64,000 bases of DNA. It comes from Heteronotia binoei. Taxonomy: Eukaryota. Of this stretch, positions 24,886 through 37,404 are shown in pieces. Made by a program: the position numbers and the translations under genes. The notes under the pieces were generated by a model. That model ran no database searches. It was not told the DNA's origin and saw only the letters and a list, made by a program, of their open reading frames with translations. Location of the stretch: NCBI RefSeq assembly GCF_032191835.1, contig NC_083226.1, positions 100,068,001 through 100,132,000 of the forward strand, given 5' to 3'. How positions within the stretch are numbered: position 1 is the stretch's first letter; the number at the start of each line of letters is the position of its first letter.

Positions 24886-25443
24886 CAATTCTTGACCTGA
24901 TGGTGGTAGTATGGTCCTTCCACCTGCCAGAGTCTTCTCTTCTGTCCCTGCATTTGTGTGAAAGGCAAAGGATTTGGAGTCCTGCATTTGTCATTGTGTT
25001 CTCTGTAGAATTCTTCATGGGAGTTGCATATAGGCAGGCCAACAATGAAAGGTTCCATTATCGTTCCATTATCTATAGCCGCCCTGAGCCTGCCTAGGCG
25101 GGGAGGGCGGGATACAAATAAAATTTTACTTTACTTTACTTACTTACTTGCTTACTTATCAATCAAAACATGAGATGCTTCCTATCAATGGTTTTCCCCT
25201 CCATTTGATCACTTGAGAAGGAACGAATGAACCCCAAAGTGAAACACTAGGCGAACTCCCACAAGAAAAACTCTCCTCCTGACTGTCCCACCAATCAAAG
25301 AAGCTTGTCTGGTAACCATACAAGAAAGGGCTTTTTTGGTGTCAGCCTCACAATAATAGAAAATAATTTCCCAAGGGAGGTGCACCTAACCCCTCATTGT
25401 CAATCTTCAAGAGGCAGGTTGAAGACCGTTGTATTTTGGACTA

Positions 25444-26253
25444 GGGTTGCTAGGTGCCTCCTGGCAACTGGCAGGGGATGGGGAGGATTTACCAGGAGCA
25501 CCAGGGAGGCCTATCCAATGTACAGCAATATGTCCATGTCACTGCCACATGTCACTGGGCATGTTTAGCCTGGAGAGGAGGAAGCTGATAGGGGATATGA
25601 TCACCATCTTCAAGTACTTGAAGGGCTGTCATATAGAGGATGGTGTGGAATTGTTTTCTGTGGTCCCAGAAGGTACGACCAGAACCAGTGGGTTGAAATT
25701 AAAAGAGTCTCTAGCTCAAATTAGGAAGAACTTTCTTAACTTTAGAGCAGTTCCTCAGTGGAAAAGGCTTCCTCAGGAGGTAGTGGGCTCTCCTTCCTGG
25801 AAGGTTTTTAAACAGAGGCTAGATGGCCATCTGACAGCAATAAAGATCCTGTGATTTTAGGGGGAGGTATTTGTGAATTTCCTGCATTGTGCAGGGGGCT
25901 GGACTAGATGACCCTGGAGGTCCCTTCCAACTCTATGATTCTGTGACCCAGAAGTGACATCATCACATCTGGGATGTCGAGAGCACCACTCTGGTATATG
26001 GGCAAAAACTCTATTAAATTTGGCTTCTACCATAGAGTTTTTGCCCAAATACCAGAACATTGCCCTTAACGTCCCAGATGTAATGACATCACTTCCAGGT
26101 CATGTAGGTAGTGACATAAATATGTCACTGCACGTCAGATGGATCTCCCTATTTTTAATGGTAAGTTCCCCCTTGGTGGCCTGCTGATCAGTGGCAGGGA
26201 GGTGGGGCCTGGCAGTGGGGGACACCCACCTCCACCAGGGGATCTGGTAACCC
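25444..26253. mobile_element. Harbinger-like MITE interrupted by a CR1 fragment
   Basis: ta|gggttgct ... ggtaaccc|ta termini; internal atgacatcacttcc motifs. Confidence 0.7.
25555..25942 (+). mobile_element. CR1 3' fragment nested in the MITE
   Basis: Translation LGMFSLERRKLIGDMITIFKYLKGCH...WKRLPQEVVGSPS; tail ccttccaactctatgattct. Confidence 0.9.
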
Positions 26254-26858
26254 TATTTAGGACTGCATTATTTATTGGCAATCCTAATTGGAAATTGTGG
26301 TTTTTGATGTGTTTTTCTAATTGCTTTATTCATGTTGGTTTTTATTGTGTTTTATCATAGTTTTATTTATAATCATAGTTTTATTTATTTCTTGTGTTTT
26401 ATCAGTTATATTTATAATTTATATTTATAATATATTTATATATTATTTATATTGAGTTCTTCAAGGAAGAAAGGTGTCTTATAAATGTTCCAAATAAATA
26501 AAATATAAAGATTGACAAGCCAATAGAAAAGGAAAATATGAGAAATCATTCCCCTGCACCTCTAAAACAAGACAAAAATGTATGCTGTTCTCAGTGTCAG
26601 TGGAGGAATTGTACTCTCTAGTCAGCGATGAACAGATCTATTAGTTTTCAACAGATATACACTTGTTTTTTTTGCAATCTAATTATACTTTTTTTAGGTA
26701 CAAACAAGACTGGAATCATTAATTCCAGGGCTACTGTATATTCTGATACAGTTTGTGATGCAAGATCCTATGAACTATCCAGGGTATAGTAATAAAGACA
26801 TGTACAATATCATGAAACGACAACTAATACAAAACAACCCAAATGTGAACAGTGTCAA

Positions 26859-27043
26859 CAGGCCTTTTTTTTTTTAGCAGGAATTCCTTTGCATATTAGG
26901 CTACACCCCTCATGATGTAGCCAGTCCTCCAAGAGTTTACAATAGGCCCTGTAAGAAGAGCCCTGTAAGCTCTTGAAGGATTGGCTACATCAAGGGGGTG
27001 TAGCCTAATATGCAAAGGAATTCCTGCTACAAAAAAAGCCCTG
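26859..27043. mobile_element. Palindromic hAT-type MITE
   Basis: Long inverted arms (tagcaggaattcctttgcatattaggctacacccc / ggggtgtagcctaatatgcaaaggaattcctgcta); 8-bp TSD agtgtcaa/ggtgtgaa (6/8). Copy at 63017-63201. Confidence 0.8.
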
Positions 27044-27235
27044 GGTGTGAAACCGTTACCAAGCTACATGTCCATGCAGTGGATAATGATAATTCTGAGT
27101 CATCCCAGATTCTAAAGACTTGATAGACTCGTATTTCAGGTCAGAAATTTGTTCTGATCCATTACCAACAAAATAGTTGGAACCTATAACCAATTTCCTC
27201 AAGGGAAGATATAAAACACTACTCTGAACAATTAT

Positions 27236-27385
27236 TTAGAAAGAAGAAGAAATTGGATTTATACCCCATGCTTTACTCAGAGTCTCAGCAGTTTACAAAC
27301 TCCTTTCCCTTCCTCTCCCAACAAGGTAGGAGGGACTGAGAGAGCTGTTTCAAGAACTGTGACTGACCCAATGTCACTCAGCAAG
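27236..27385 (-). mobile_element. SINE 3' fragment (Squam3-like)
   Basis: Reverse-complement SINE tail and CORE-like segment. Confidence 0.6.
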
Positions 27386-28041
27386 TGCATGGCTTCTCCC
27401 AGATTAGAAGCCACATACAATCAGTACACCAGACTGGCCTTGGACATTATGCCTTGAACATTAATGTACCTTGTTCAGCATTAAAGGCTTTGAACTCTAT
27501 GTTTAGAGTGATCCCTGCAGAATCCATCAGTAGGACACCCTTTCCTGTTCAAGGGCTTCTAGATAATGCTGTTATGGTTGAAACCAGCTTTGTTTCTGTC
27601 TTGTTTTGTTAAACTGAAGCAAAGTACAACATGGAATAGGAAGGATATTCCCTTTTATTTGTGTACTTCTCTGAAGATTCAGTAGTAATGTAGGACACAT
27701 AGCACAGCAAACTTTCAAAACAGCAAAATTTCAAGTAATTATGAGGAGATATTAGCTCTTCCTTGGAAAACATATCTTTCCATTTCTTGATCTGACAGAG
27801 AAAAGAAAAAAATGCTAAGATTTTACAAACTGATTTGGTCAAATTCAGGCAAACATGTCATAGCTTATACAGTCAGAAATTTCATTATAGTTATTTTCCT
27901 GACATGGCTTGCCTGGCGTAGGTCGATGCCCCTACTTAATGAAAACAAGGTTAAAGTCAACTCACCCAAGAGATCCTTTATTAGATGTCACAGACCCCAG
28001 CTGGGTTTACCAAGAGTTAAACCTTACTCCAAACAGTGTAG

Positions 28042-28176
28042 AAGAAGAAGAAGATATTGGATTTATATCCCGCCCTCCACTCCGAAGAGTCTCAGAGCGG
28101 CTCACAATCTCCTTTACCTTCCTCCCCCACAACAGACACCCTGTGAGGTGGGTGGGGCTGGAGAGGGCTCTCACAG
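28042..28176 (-). mobile_element. SINE 3' fragment (Squam3-like)
   Basis: (gaa)n tail, ctcacaatctcctttaccttcctcccccacaacagacaccctgtgagg. Confidence 0.8.
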
Positions 28177-28269
28177 TGTAGATACCAGCCCCATCATTTT
28201 TCAGATCAAACTATGAGTGACATTATCATTAGGGCAGAAAAAGTTTCTAAAACTGAAAAGGGAAATAAG

Positions 28270-30760
28270 GATGGTGGAGGTAAAATGGAAAAGTATTACA
28301 AAACATTAATGGCAACTTTCTTTATTTCAAAAGGCTCCATTATCACGTTCCACAAAAATCTCAGTGGATTATTCCCCTTCTTGAAATATTGAACACCCAC
28401 AAGAGTTAGTGGATAAAGTAAAACTATTCCTGTTAAAAGGTGCTATAGAACAACTACTTGCACAAGAGCTTCCAAAAGAATTTTATTCCAACCATTTTCT
28501 CACAGACAAAAAAAGTTTAGTAGGATAGAAAGACCTGTACTAGAGCTAAGGTTGTTAAATTAATTTAACACACACCCCCATTCAGAATAGTTCTATTAAA
28601 TGACATGGTCAGATCCATTTCTCAATAAATTCAATATGCAGCGAATTTATTTTGTTTCATTATGGATATCTTCACTGCTAGCACACCATTCTGCCATCTG
28701 GGTTATCCATAGCCCCTCGGGGTTTTTTTTTTTTTAACAAAGTATATAGCCATAGTGATAGTCTGCTTGAAACTAAAGGGATACAACATGTTTTTATATC
28801 TAGACAACTGGTTTATTAACAGCTCCATCAAAACACTACAAGAACATGTCCACAAACCTCTTAAAGTAATCCAACATTTGGGCTTGCATATCACTTGGAA
28901 GATGTCCAAAATTACTCATGAGGCTCATTGTACAGATCAAATAAATCAGTGGCACTTGTTCCATTAAAGAAAGCACTCTTCACATAGATGTATTAGACTT
29001 GAAAGCTACCTTGGTCACCCTGCACTAGCAGGGAAATGGTCAAGCATCACAACTGCCATGTTTATGTTGGATCCAGTGATCTGTCAGCAGAAGGCACAGA
29101 TGTCTGTGGCTCTTTCCTGCTCTCCATTGCCCAAGCAGTCTTTTCTGATTGTGGGAACGTTTATTTGAGGGGTCACAAAACTCACATGGATTCATAGCCA
29201 TCCAGGATAGGAGGTTTGTGGGGATGCAGAAAGGGGTGAAATTACCCTCCCTGCTTTCTGTCAGTTGAGCTCTGCAGTCAGAAGAAGGGAGAGATTTTTG
29301 CCTTTTCCTCCTTTTTACTGCATCCCCCTGACCCATATGTCTATTGTTCTACAGTTTCTACAACCCTGGGAACAAACTTTATTGGAGCTGGGAGGGGTGG
29401 GGGAGTGGGAAATACTATTTATGTTAAATCTGGTCCTCTGCCTGAACAAGAAAGGAAGAACACTTCACTTTGTGCTGAGAAATAATACACATTTGAAATT
29501 GCTTCATCAGCCACAAGATCATAATTCAAGTCATACTGCAGGCCATAGAGAGCAGAAAAATTAAGCAGCTCTCCCACAGAAAGTCATGAATAGATGATGC
29601 TGGACAAATAGCTCCTTCAAATTTTTCAGACATAGGATTTCCTATGAGGCAGACCTCTTTGCAACTCAATTCAACACAAAGTGCCTGAAATTCTGCTCAC
29701 TAACATTAACTAGATCCGTTATCCATAAAAGACTCCGTTACAATACCTGGAAATACCTGGAAGGTTTTATGTCTTCCCTCCCATTGTCCTTTTGTTAATC
29801 ACAGTCTTGTACAAAACTGAACAAGACAATTGTTATAAATCTAGGCTTAGCACTCCAGTCAATATTCCATTCCCAGTTACTGTGCTTACTAAGTACAGAT
29901 TTCTTCCACCAGGGCCCTCTGCTCGTCTCCAACATGAGGACAGTATATCTCACAGCATGGCACATAGAAGCTAGGAAACCTACTAGTGTAAGTGGAAATA
30001 CTTTGTTTAGTAGGAAATAAGTTGTATAGTCACATTTTTTGAATACCTGTTATGTATTAAATATCCTAACTCCTACCTCTGTTCCTGTGCAATTCTAAAC
30101 AGTTACACACTTCTACATCATAGATTTCAGTGGACTTAGAAGGGTATAACTCTAACCAATTCCACACTTAACACTTGCCTCCCTTCTGTGTGGGGCTCCT
30201 CATGGTGGCTCTTTTTCCCGGATTCTGCACTGACATCCAGTTTTCCCTCTAAGCTGAGTTAGTGTGAGCTAGCTTACAGATTTTTAGCCTCCAGCTCACA
30301 CATTTTTGTCTTACCTCAGGAAGGATGACCCCAGAGCACTCTTAATTTATGGAGTAGCTCACAACTTTAATACCAGTAGCTCACAAAGTCGAATTTTGTT
30401 CACAAAACTCTGCAGCTTGAAGGGAACGCTGGAGCAGGGCTTTGTGTTCCCTGCTTGCTCCCTTCCAAGACCAGGACAAACAAAGGCTAATGTGGAATCA
30501 GTGTCTGTCTAGGATCGTACTGTTAATCTGTCGAGCAATTATTGGTAGTTTCAAAGAGCCCTTAGTGGGAAAATCTGTCTTTGCTCAGGAGGAATACAAA
30601 ATATTTGTTAAAGGTCTAATAAATATCCTTCCAGACTTCAGTTTCCTCAATAGAACTTATCATTAGCTTTAGACAGATTAATGTCAAAACTTTCCAAACC
30701 TCTGGCTACATTCTCTTTTATGTTGCTTACAGCAAAACCAGCTTATGCATGTGGATTCAG
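28270..30760 (+). mobile_element. Old, heavily decayed DIRS retrotransposon body (RT, MT, tyrosine recombinase), interrupted by other repeats
   Basis: Manual translation: LLKGAIE...EFYSNHFL..KK...RPVLELRLLN (RT, ~28420-28560); MFLYLDNWFI (YLDD-equivalent, ~28790); ADLFATQFNTKCLKFCS (29649-29699) and FYVFPPIVLL (~29765) (methyltransferase-like); KSVFAQ..KIFVKGLIN and PQ*NLSLALDRLMSK...PLAT...LLTAK (YR, ~30560-30750). Confidence 0.8.
30238..30432. mobile_element. MITE (cagtgttccctctaagctg family)
   Basis: TIRs cagttttccctctaagctg / cagcttgaagggaacgctg; second copy in the opposite orientation at 54709-54876. Confidence 0.7.
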
Positions 30761-31177
30761 TGTATGATTCATCTTTTAAAAAAAATAAATAAAAAGTAGT
30801 CTTAAGACCTGATTTAGACTTCCTGTGACAGTTCTGTGTTAACCAGATGTGAGGCACTTCCTGGATGGGTCTTGCTGAGCAGCCTTCCACCCTAGCATCA
30901 TCTTGGTCCCTTGGAGCTTTGTTTGCTGGGCTTGCTCCTATGGTCTCTGTCTGCTTGTCCCTGACAGCTGGCCCCTTCCCTTGCCATCCAGGCCCCAGCT
31001 CTAGGGAGAGCAGTGGAGTGGGTGAGGTAAATATCCTCTCCTGTGGTCATGCCTGCACCTGAAGAGCCCAGCTGACTGGCAGCTCACTCATCACCGCTAC
31101 GAAGTGTGGTACAGCAACTCTTGTGATTGCTGTAGGTCCATGCTGATTTAACTGGGGTTTAGATATCCTCAAGATCT

Positions 31178-33012
31178 TCTTCGTAGTCTCTGTGCTTCAC
31201 ACTCATGGAATAGAGTGCCTGCACCGATCCCTGAATCGGTACCTAAAAAGCCCGGGATTTTTTCGCGCTTGGCACCAACGGGCATGCGCAGGCGTCCCAG
31301 TGTGCATGCTCACCGGCGCCAGCGTGAGGATCCCGCCAGTTCCTTTCTGACCGCTGCACCGAGAGGATCTCCTTTCGTGTCCCCGGTCGGTAAAGTAATC
31401 TTAGGATTGCCTTTCTTGTTGTATATAGCCTGTTTGTTATTTTCTTAGTGTAGTTAGTTAGTTAGTTGTTAGATAGTTAGGGTTGTAAAAAAAAAATTGT
31501 TGGACTTGCCCTTCGGGGCCCAGTTTTCCCCCGTTTTTCCCCTCAGAGACTTCCCTGGGTGGGTTTTTTCCTTGGCGTCTATGGAAAGATGTTGGTTTTT
31601 TTGTTAAGAGGTGCCGCTCCTGTGGGAAGAAGATTCCCCCCACCCGACGGCCATTCCCTCTGTCTCCTTTGTTTGGGCAAGGGACATGGCGTGGATTCTT
31701 GCTCACACTGCCTGAGTTTTTCCAAACAAACTTGCAAGAATCGAACGGCGAGGCTTTCGGCTGTGTTGGTTGAGTAAGCACTTCGTCCTCAAAAGATGGC
31801 ATCGGGCCTCTCAGTACTGATGGGAGAGACCGCGGCCCCGACGGTCACATCGGCCGATACATCACCGATCAGGACCGAGATGCCAGTCGAGTGCAGGCGT
31901 TCCACAAAGCGACCTTCTGAAGGGTCAGTGGACACCCCAGCTACGAACCGAAAAAGGTGAAATCGAAGGAGAAGCGGAAGAAGAGATCATCCCGCACTCC
32001 TTCCCCTTCTCATGATGCTTCGACATCGATGTCGACCGCTCCACCAAGGAAGATCTTGGCGTCCCCACATCGTAGCCCTTTGGTGTCGAGAGGCAGTGCT
32101 TCGCAGCAGTTGCGTCTATCGGCATTGGAGCAAGAGATTGACCTTACTCAGCGCTCCCATTCTTCAGGGTCAAGGCATCACAGTGAGAACGACTCTGTCT
32201 CGGAGGTGGAGGTGTCGGCACCGATGAAGCCGTTGGCACCGCTGGATCAGACGAGGTCAGAGAGAGCTGGAACCAACTACCGTAGCTTGCCACTTCCCAC
32301 CGCTTCCACCGTGGGAGCAGCGCCAGTGGCCTCCCTACGCCTATCCATACCCACTGTACCAATGGTACCCCCCTCGTGAGTTTGCAGACTGGGACCAGCA
32401 ATCCGAGGCATCCCATGCGTCGAGGCTTTCCCAGCACTCTAGGCGGCGTCCCTCGGCATTGATGTCCGTCCCGCCCGAAAGACGTAGCGTGGTGGTGGAG
32501 GAAGTCCAGCCTAGGTCATCGGTGTTGATCCGGTCACCCATCAGAGAGTCAATGCCGGTGCTCTCGGAACATTCTTTGAGGAGAGAATCTTAATTGTTGG
32601 ACTCCGAGGTCGGTACCGATGATCCAGACAGGGCTTTGGAGCCTTTGCCAGTGTCTCATACCGCTGAGGATCTTCCCATTTCACCATCGGAGGATCTAAA
32701 GTCGTATGGGGACCTGGTGAAGAGGATGGCACTCTCCCTCTCTCTCCCGGTGACACAACCACAATCCCTTGTAGATGACACCGTATTCGACATCATGCAG
32801 CGGGATACGTCTACAGCAGTTGCCCAGCCTGTTATGAAGGTCATCTTACAGGTGGTGAAGGAGCCCTGGGAGAAGCCTGCTTCTTCACCTGTGTCATCAA
32901 GAAGGTTGGACCACATGTACCGTGTCCAAGAGGCCGATGCTGAATTTCTCTTCACACATCCAAAGCCCAATTCGGTGGTCGTATCCTCCTCGTCAAAGGC
33001 CCGCAAGAGTGG
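31178..33012 (+). mobile_element. Younger DIRS 5' fragment: terminal repeat + gag (Zn-finger and LAP2alpha-like domain), 3'-truncated
   Basis: Starts ttcttcgtagtctctgtgcttcacactcatgg; encodes PPPDGHSLCLLCLGKGH.VDSCSHC and SPSEDLKSYGDLVKRMA...WEKPAS...FLFTHPKPNSVVV; CpG-rich; stops and frameshifts present. Confidence 0.88.
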
Positions 33013-33837
33013 TGGTAATATGGTTTGACAAACTCTCCTTCGACTCAGCCACAGAGAGAGATGTACTTTATAAAGGACACAGGCAAACACAATTAAAGAT
33101 ATTATTTTAACTTAATATACAAACGTGCTTAAACTCTTGAAAAATTTTGTTTAGAACAGAAAGGTAGGGGAATAGTGGTATTTTGCAGTGCAATTTAAAA
33201 AATAAAACATCAAGGAAAAGCATAAGGATCATACAGCAGAAAACTAAAAAAAAAATGCTCTTAGCCTGGAAAAACATGAAATGGCAAGGCAAGGCTTTGC
33301 AAGCTCCCCCCCCTCCCCCAGTTTACTCATATTAGTAATGGCTCTCCAGTGTAATATCCCCTTTGGCTGTGGGTTCCCAAGTTAAAATACTAGGCATTAG
33401 TTCTCACTCCATTTGAAAAGAGACAACGCTGACTCAAGGCATCCACAGTTGATTTGCAACAACACAACTCCAGGAAGCTTCAGCTGGCCATAGGAATGCT
33501 GGGAAGTTAAACCTCACCATTGAAACAAAGTTACAAAGAAAATGTGGAGTGGATTTCCCATTCCAGTCTGCTCTGCCTATAGGCCTGAGTGGGAAACCCA
33601 TTCCACATTTTCATTGCAGCTTCACTTCTGCTTTAGCCTCTGCAAAGAGAAGGCAGAAGGAGCTGGAATTGTCAGAAACCTCCGAGCTTTTTGCAGGGTG
33701 AGGGCAGGAGTGGGAAGAGGGAGAAGAGAGCCCCTTGGGCCTGATTGAAGCCATCCGGGGGCCAGTTTGACCGCACATTTGACACTGCTGTCCTATGAGA
33801 ATAGGTCTCCATAGAGAATAATGGAGTGCCCAGCAGA

Positions 33838-34160
33838 CATAAGAACATAAGAGAAGCCATGTTGGATCAGGCCAATGGCCCATCCAGTCCAACACGTTGT
33901 GTCACACAGTGGCCAAAAAAATTTATATACACACACACACACACACACACATACACACATATATATACACACTGTGGATAATAGCCACTGATGGACCTCT
34001 GCTCCATATTTTTATCTAACCCCCTCCTGAAGTTGTCTATGCTTGTAGCCGCCATCACCTCCTGTGGCAGTGAATTCCACATGTTAATCACCCTTTGGGT
34101 GAAGAAGTACCTCCTTTTATCCGTTCTAACTCGACTGCTCAGCAATTTCATCGAATGCCC
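33838..34160 (-). mobile_element. CR1 3' fragment with (AC)n in its tail
   Basis: Near-identical to 10449-10740; translation KLLSSRVRTDKRRYFFTQRVINMWNSLPQEV. Confidence 0.92.
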
Positions 34161-34164
34161 ACTC

Positions 34165-34259
34165 TCATTTCCCTCTCCCTCTCTTTCTAATGACTCTGAA
34201 GTGGGGGGAGGGCCTCCAAACTGGGGGATCCCCTTCCCCCACCTGGGGATTGGCAGCCC
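34165..34259. mobile_element. Harbinger-like MITE terminal fragment
   Basis: Ends ggggattggcagccc|ta. Confidence 0.6.
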
Positions 34260-34698
34260 TAGTGCCAGGTGACTAAAATGTGCAGTACTAGGATCCAGTA
34301 AAGAAAATTGGCAACATTGTTGAAGACACTCTGACAAAGTTTGTCAAGAGAAGATTAATTATAAAATGTTTTTACTTCTATAATAATAAGACTGCATTCT
34401 CAGACACAAGCATATTACTTCATCTTTAGCAAGTGCTTCAAATTTGTAACTGCCATATATTTTTACAATAGATATTTTTATCTGTACTTGTGTCTTAAGT
34501 TGTCTTGTATAAGTGAAGTGCTGAAGGTGACATCACTTGTAAAAATATAAATAGCACCTATCTCATGAGATGTTAGTGCTAAAGAAATGGCATTACTTCA
34601 AGCTGACTCCTTTCTTGTGTGATATTTTACCAAATTTGATGTTGCTTTTGTAATGAGAGAGGTGGACAGTGTCCTAACTGTAATTGGTCTTAATTTTG

Positions 34699-35054
34699 CT
34701 ACGTATTATATGCATTGATTTTAGTACATACAACATAATATATAGCATCATCATGAGTAGGTTTTGGACTGCAAAATGACATTTTACAAACTGCTTTACT
34801 GGAGTAGCAGAATACAAGATTAGTTACAAAGCCACCATTATTGGTGCAAAATTTGGTACTGAGATTACTTATGGTGGGGCCTGACCTTCTAAACAGCATT
34901 GGCCCTGATTTGGCTTTCTCTTCATTAGAGCTATCAGACACAGGAGATGGACAGGACCAGTATTTGACTCCGTATAATTCAGCTTTGTATATTCCTGCTA
35001 GGTCCCATCTTCTTTCTTCACTTTCAATTTTTGGTGAAGGAGTCACCTTAGCTG
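34699..35054 (-). CDS. Candidate coding exon of an unidentified gene
   Basis: Part of a 125-aa ORF in AT-rich, repeat-free DNA; NAGNAG acceptor ttccatag|cag at 35054, phase-compatible with the 40229 donor. Product not recognised. Confidence 0.2.
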
Positions 35055-37011
35055 CTATGGAAATTAAGTTGAACATTCAGCTTTGAAACATGCTAGAGAG
35101 AAGAGGTTTGTAGCTTGGCCTGCATAATATAAAGGCTTCCGAATCGGGGTGTATTCTTATTCATCTAAAATCTACAGCTTCTGGAGTTTATCATTTCATG
35201 TCTCTGAATTTTTTTGGATTATAGATTTCTGTTAGCTGAAGAGCAGATTAAAATATCAAGTACAAAATATGTATGATATGAGAAAAGTATGGCTGGTCCC
35301 ACTCAGAGTATCCCATAATATCTACACAAAGACATCTTGAAGTAGAAATCAAAGGTGTGTGGGGAGGGAGATCCCTGGTTTATAAAGATCATGTAGAAAG
35401 AAAATTAGAAGCAATATAATAAATTTTGCCACATTTCCATAAGTGAAGTTGTACTTGGAATATGATTTGAAGCGATATCAAAGACCTTTTTTGAAATGTA
35501 TACATTAATAGCTGGAACTTTTCATTCAGAAGTTTGAATAATAGAATAAGTTAATTACATATGTACCATTATATGCTGTATATGTGCTGTTATAAATTTT
35601 TGAGACACTGTTTTGTTTTTCAGGTTACATAGCTGATTTTTTTTTCCTGCTGGACTCTTACTTAAGGACATACACATTTTATTTTTCTCCAATACAAAAT
35701 TATACAGTATGCACATCTGTCCTGTATATGCAAAAGTACCTCCAGTCCTGTAAGATAGTGAGGCAAAATACTTGTTTAAGGTATGAGCCTTCTATAAAGC
35801 TGCCTTTTAAACCTACTTTTTTCATTTTCCCTTCCTTTCTCCAGGCTGCCCTCTTGTGACAATTGTACATATTGCAAATGTTCATGCAAGCCTATGGCTG
35901 CCAAAACAGTCGCAAGGAAATTATGCATAACATGATTATTTTAATCATGCAGCATTTTGTAACATAAAGATGCAGTTCTTATAAGCAATGTCAGAAGCTT
36001 TTACCATGTTTAACAAAATGTTAAATGTTTCCACATACAAAATACTCATGTTTCTCTTGTCTGTTAACATTCATTATGTTGCTGTTGGAATAATGCTAAT
36101 ACTGGTTTACATTTTTAATTCTTGTTTTTTGGTTCTCATGAAAGACTAAAATTTAAATTCCAATAAATTTTAAAATGCCTTCCCCTAAATAATAGGGAGC
36201 AAAATAAAACTTGCATAGCCTTTAAATAATATTTTCTTGGCAAACTTCAGAGTAAAAGATATTAAACGTTTTTTTGAAAAATGCCAAACTCCCCCTTTTT
36301 CTCAGAAGAACTACAGCTTTCCTGACTTGAAAAGCGTTAATTCTCTCTTTACATGTTTTAAAAGGGTAGACACATTTTTTTTACATGGAAAGGTTTTCAT
36401 AATCTAGAACCCTGAGTGCATATCACCTTCGTTGCATAACAGGAAAAAAAATAACTTCATTTGTTAAGTATTAGCAACCTAATCCCAAATATATTTACTT
36501 CAAAGTAATTGAGTTCAGTGGACCTTGCTCTGCAGCAGACAGTGAGGGCTATCCAGTGGGAACTGCCCTGTGCCACTGTAGGACTATCAAGGGAGGAAGA
36601 GAAAATCTGTATATCTCTGTCAATATTATACAAGTGTAGAGTTGTTGACTGACTAGCAGCTCACAATACAAGCTGCTGACATCAGGAAGGACTGGTTAAA
36701 CAGTGGCTTCTGTGTGCTTGCATATGCTGATAGACACCCCTGTTAGGGTTGCCAATTGGTACCTACTGATGTTTTTTGGTAAAGGTGCATCAGACCATGG
36801 CACAACTTTGGCATTTTCAGAAATTCCATTTGTTTGGCTGACAGACTCAACAAAAAACCTGCCAGGTCTCATTTATTTGGTTCAGTTTAGTTTAAATAGT
36901 TACATATGCAAATAGGTGTCTAATTTGTTCCAAGTTGTACCTGTTGATCTCTTCTTCAGTTCAAATGAATCCCTTGCTTGTCCTGTTAAGCTAAAATGTC
37001 CCCAGAATCTA

Positions 37012-37404
37012 GGGTTGCCAAGTCCTTCCTGGCAACTGGCAGGGGATTAGGGGAATTTAACGGGAGCAGGAGGGAGGCCCAGCCAACATGCAGCAACATG
37101 CCTACATTACTGCCTACATGATGTAACCACATCAGGGATACCAAGTGGTTGTCCGGTATTTGGGCAAAAACTTTATGGTAAATTTGGTTTCTACCATAGC
37201 GTTTTTGCTCAAATACCAGGGCATCACCCCAAAACCTCAGTGTGATGACATCACTTCCAAGTCACATGGGCAATGAAATAGGCACATCACTGCACATCAG
37301 CTGGATCTCTGTCTTTTTCAGGGTAAGTTCCCCCTCAGGCCTGGGCAGTGGGGCCTTGCAGCGGGGAACCCTGGTCTCCACTGAGGAGGAGGATGTGGCA
37401 ACCC
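37012..37404. mobile_element. Harbinger-like MITE, complete
   Basis: ta|gggttgcca ... tggcaaccc|ta; same subfamily as 25444-26253 and 48630-48959. Confidence 0.75.

Larger units (their letters stand above)
21122..27842 (+). repeat. Segmental duplication, copy 1 (matches 57280-64000)
   Basis: All ORFs recur with identical translations at offset 36,158 (e.g. 21216/57374, 22062/58220, 25429/61587, 27609/63767); no differences found in spot checks. Confidence 0.97.

Noticed and set aside
26698-26858. Plus-strand acceptor followed by two open frames (one reading TVYSDTVCD, vaguely TNFR-like)
   Set aside because: Lacks the cysteine spacing of a TNFR repeat, has no good donor and no consistent neighbouring exons.
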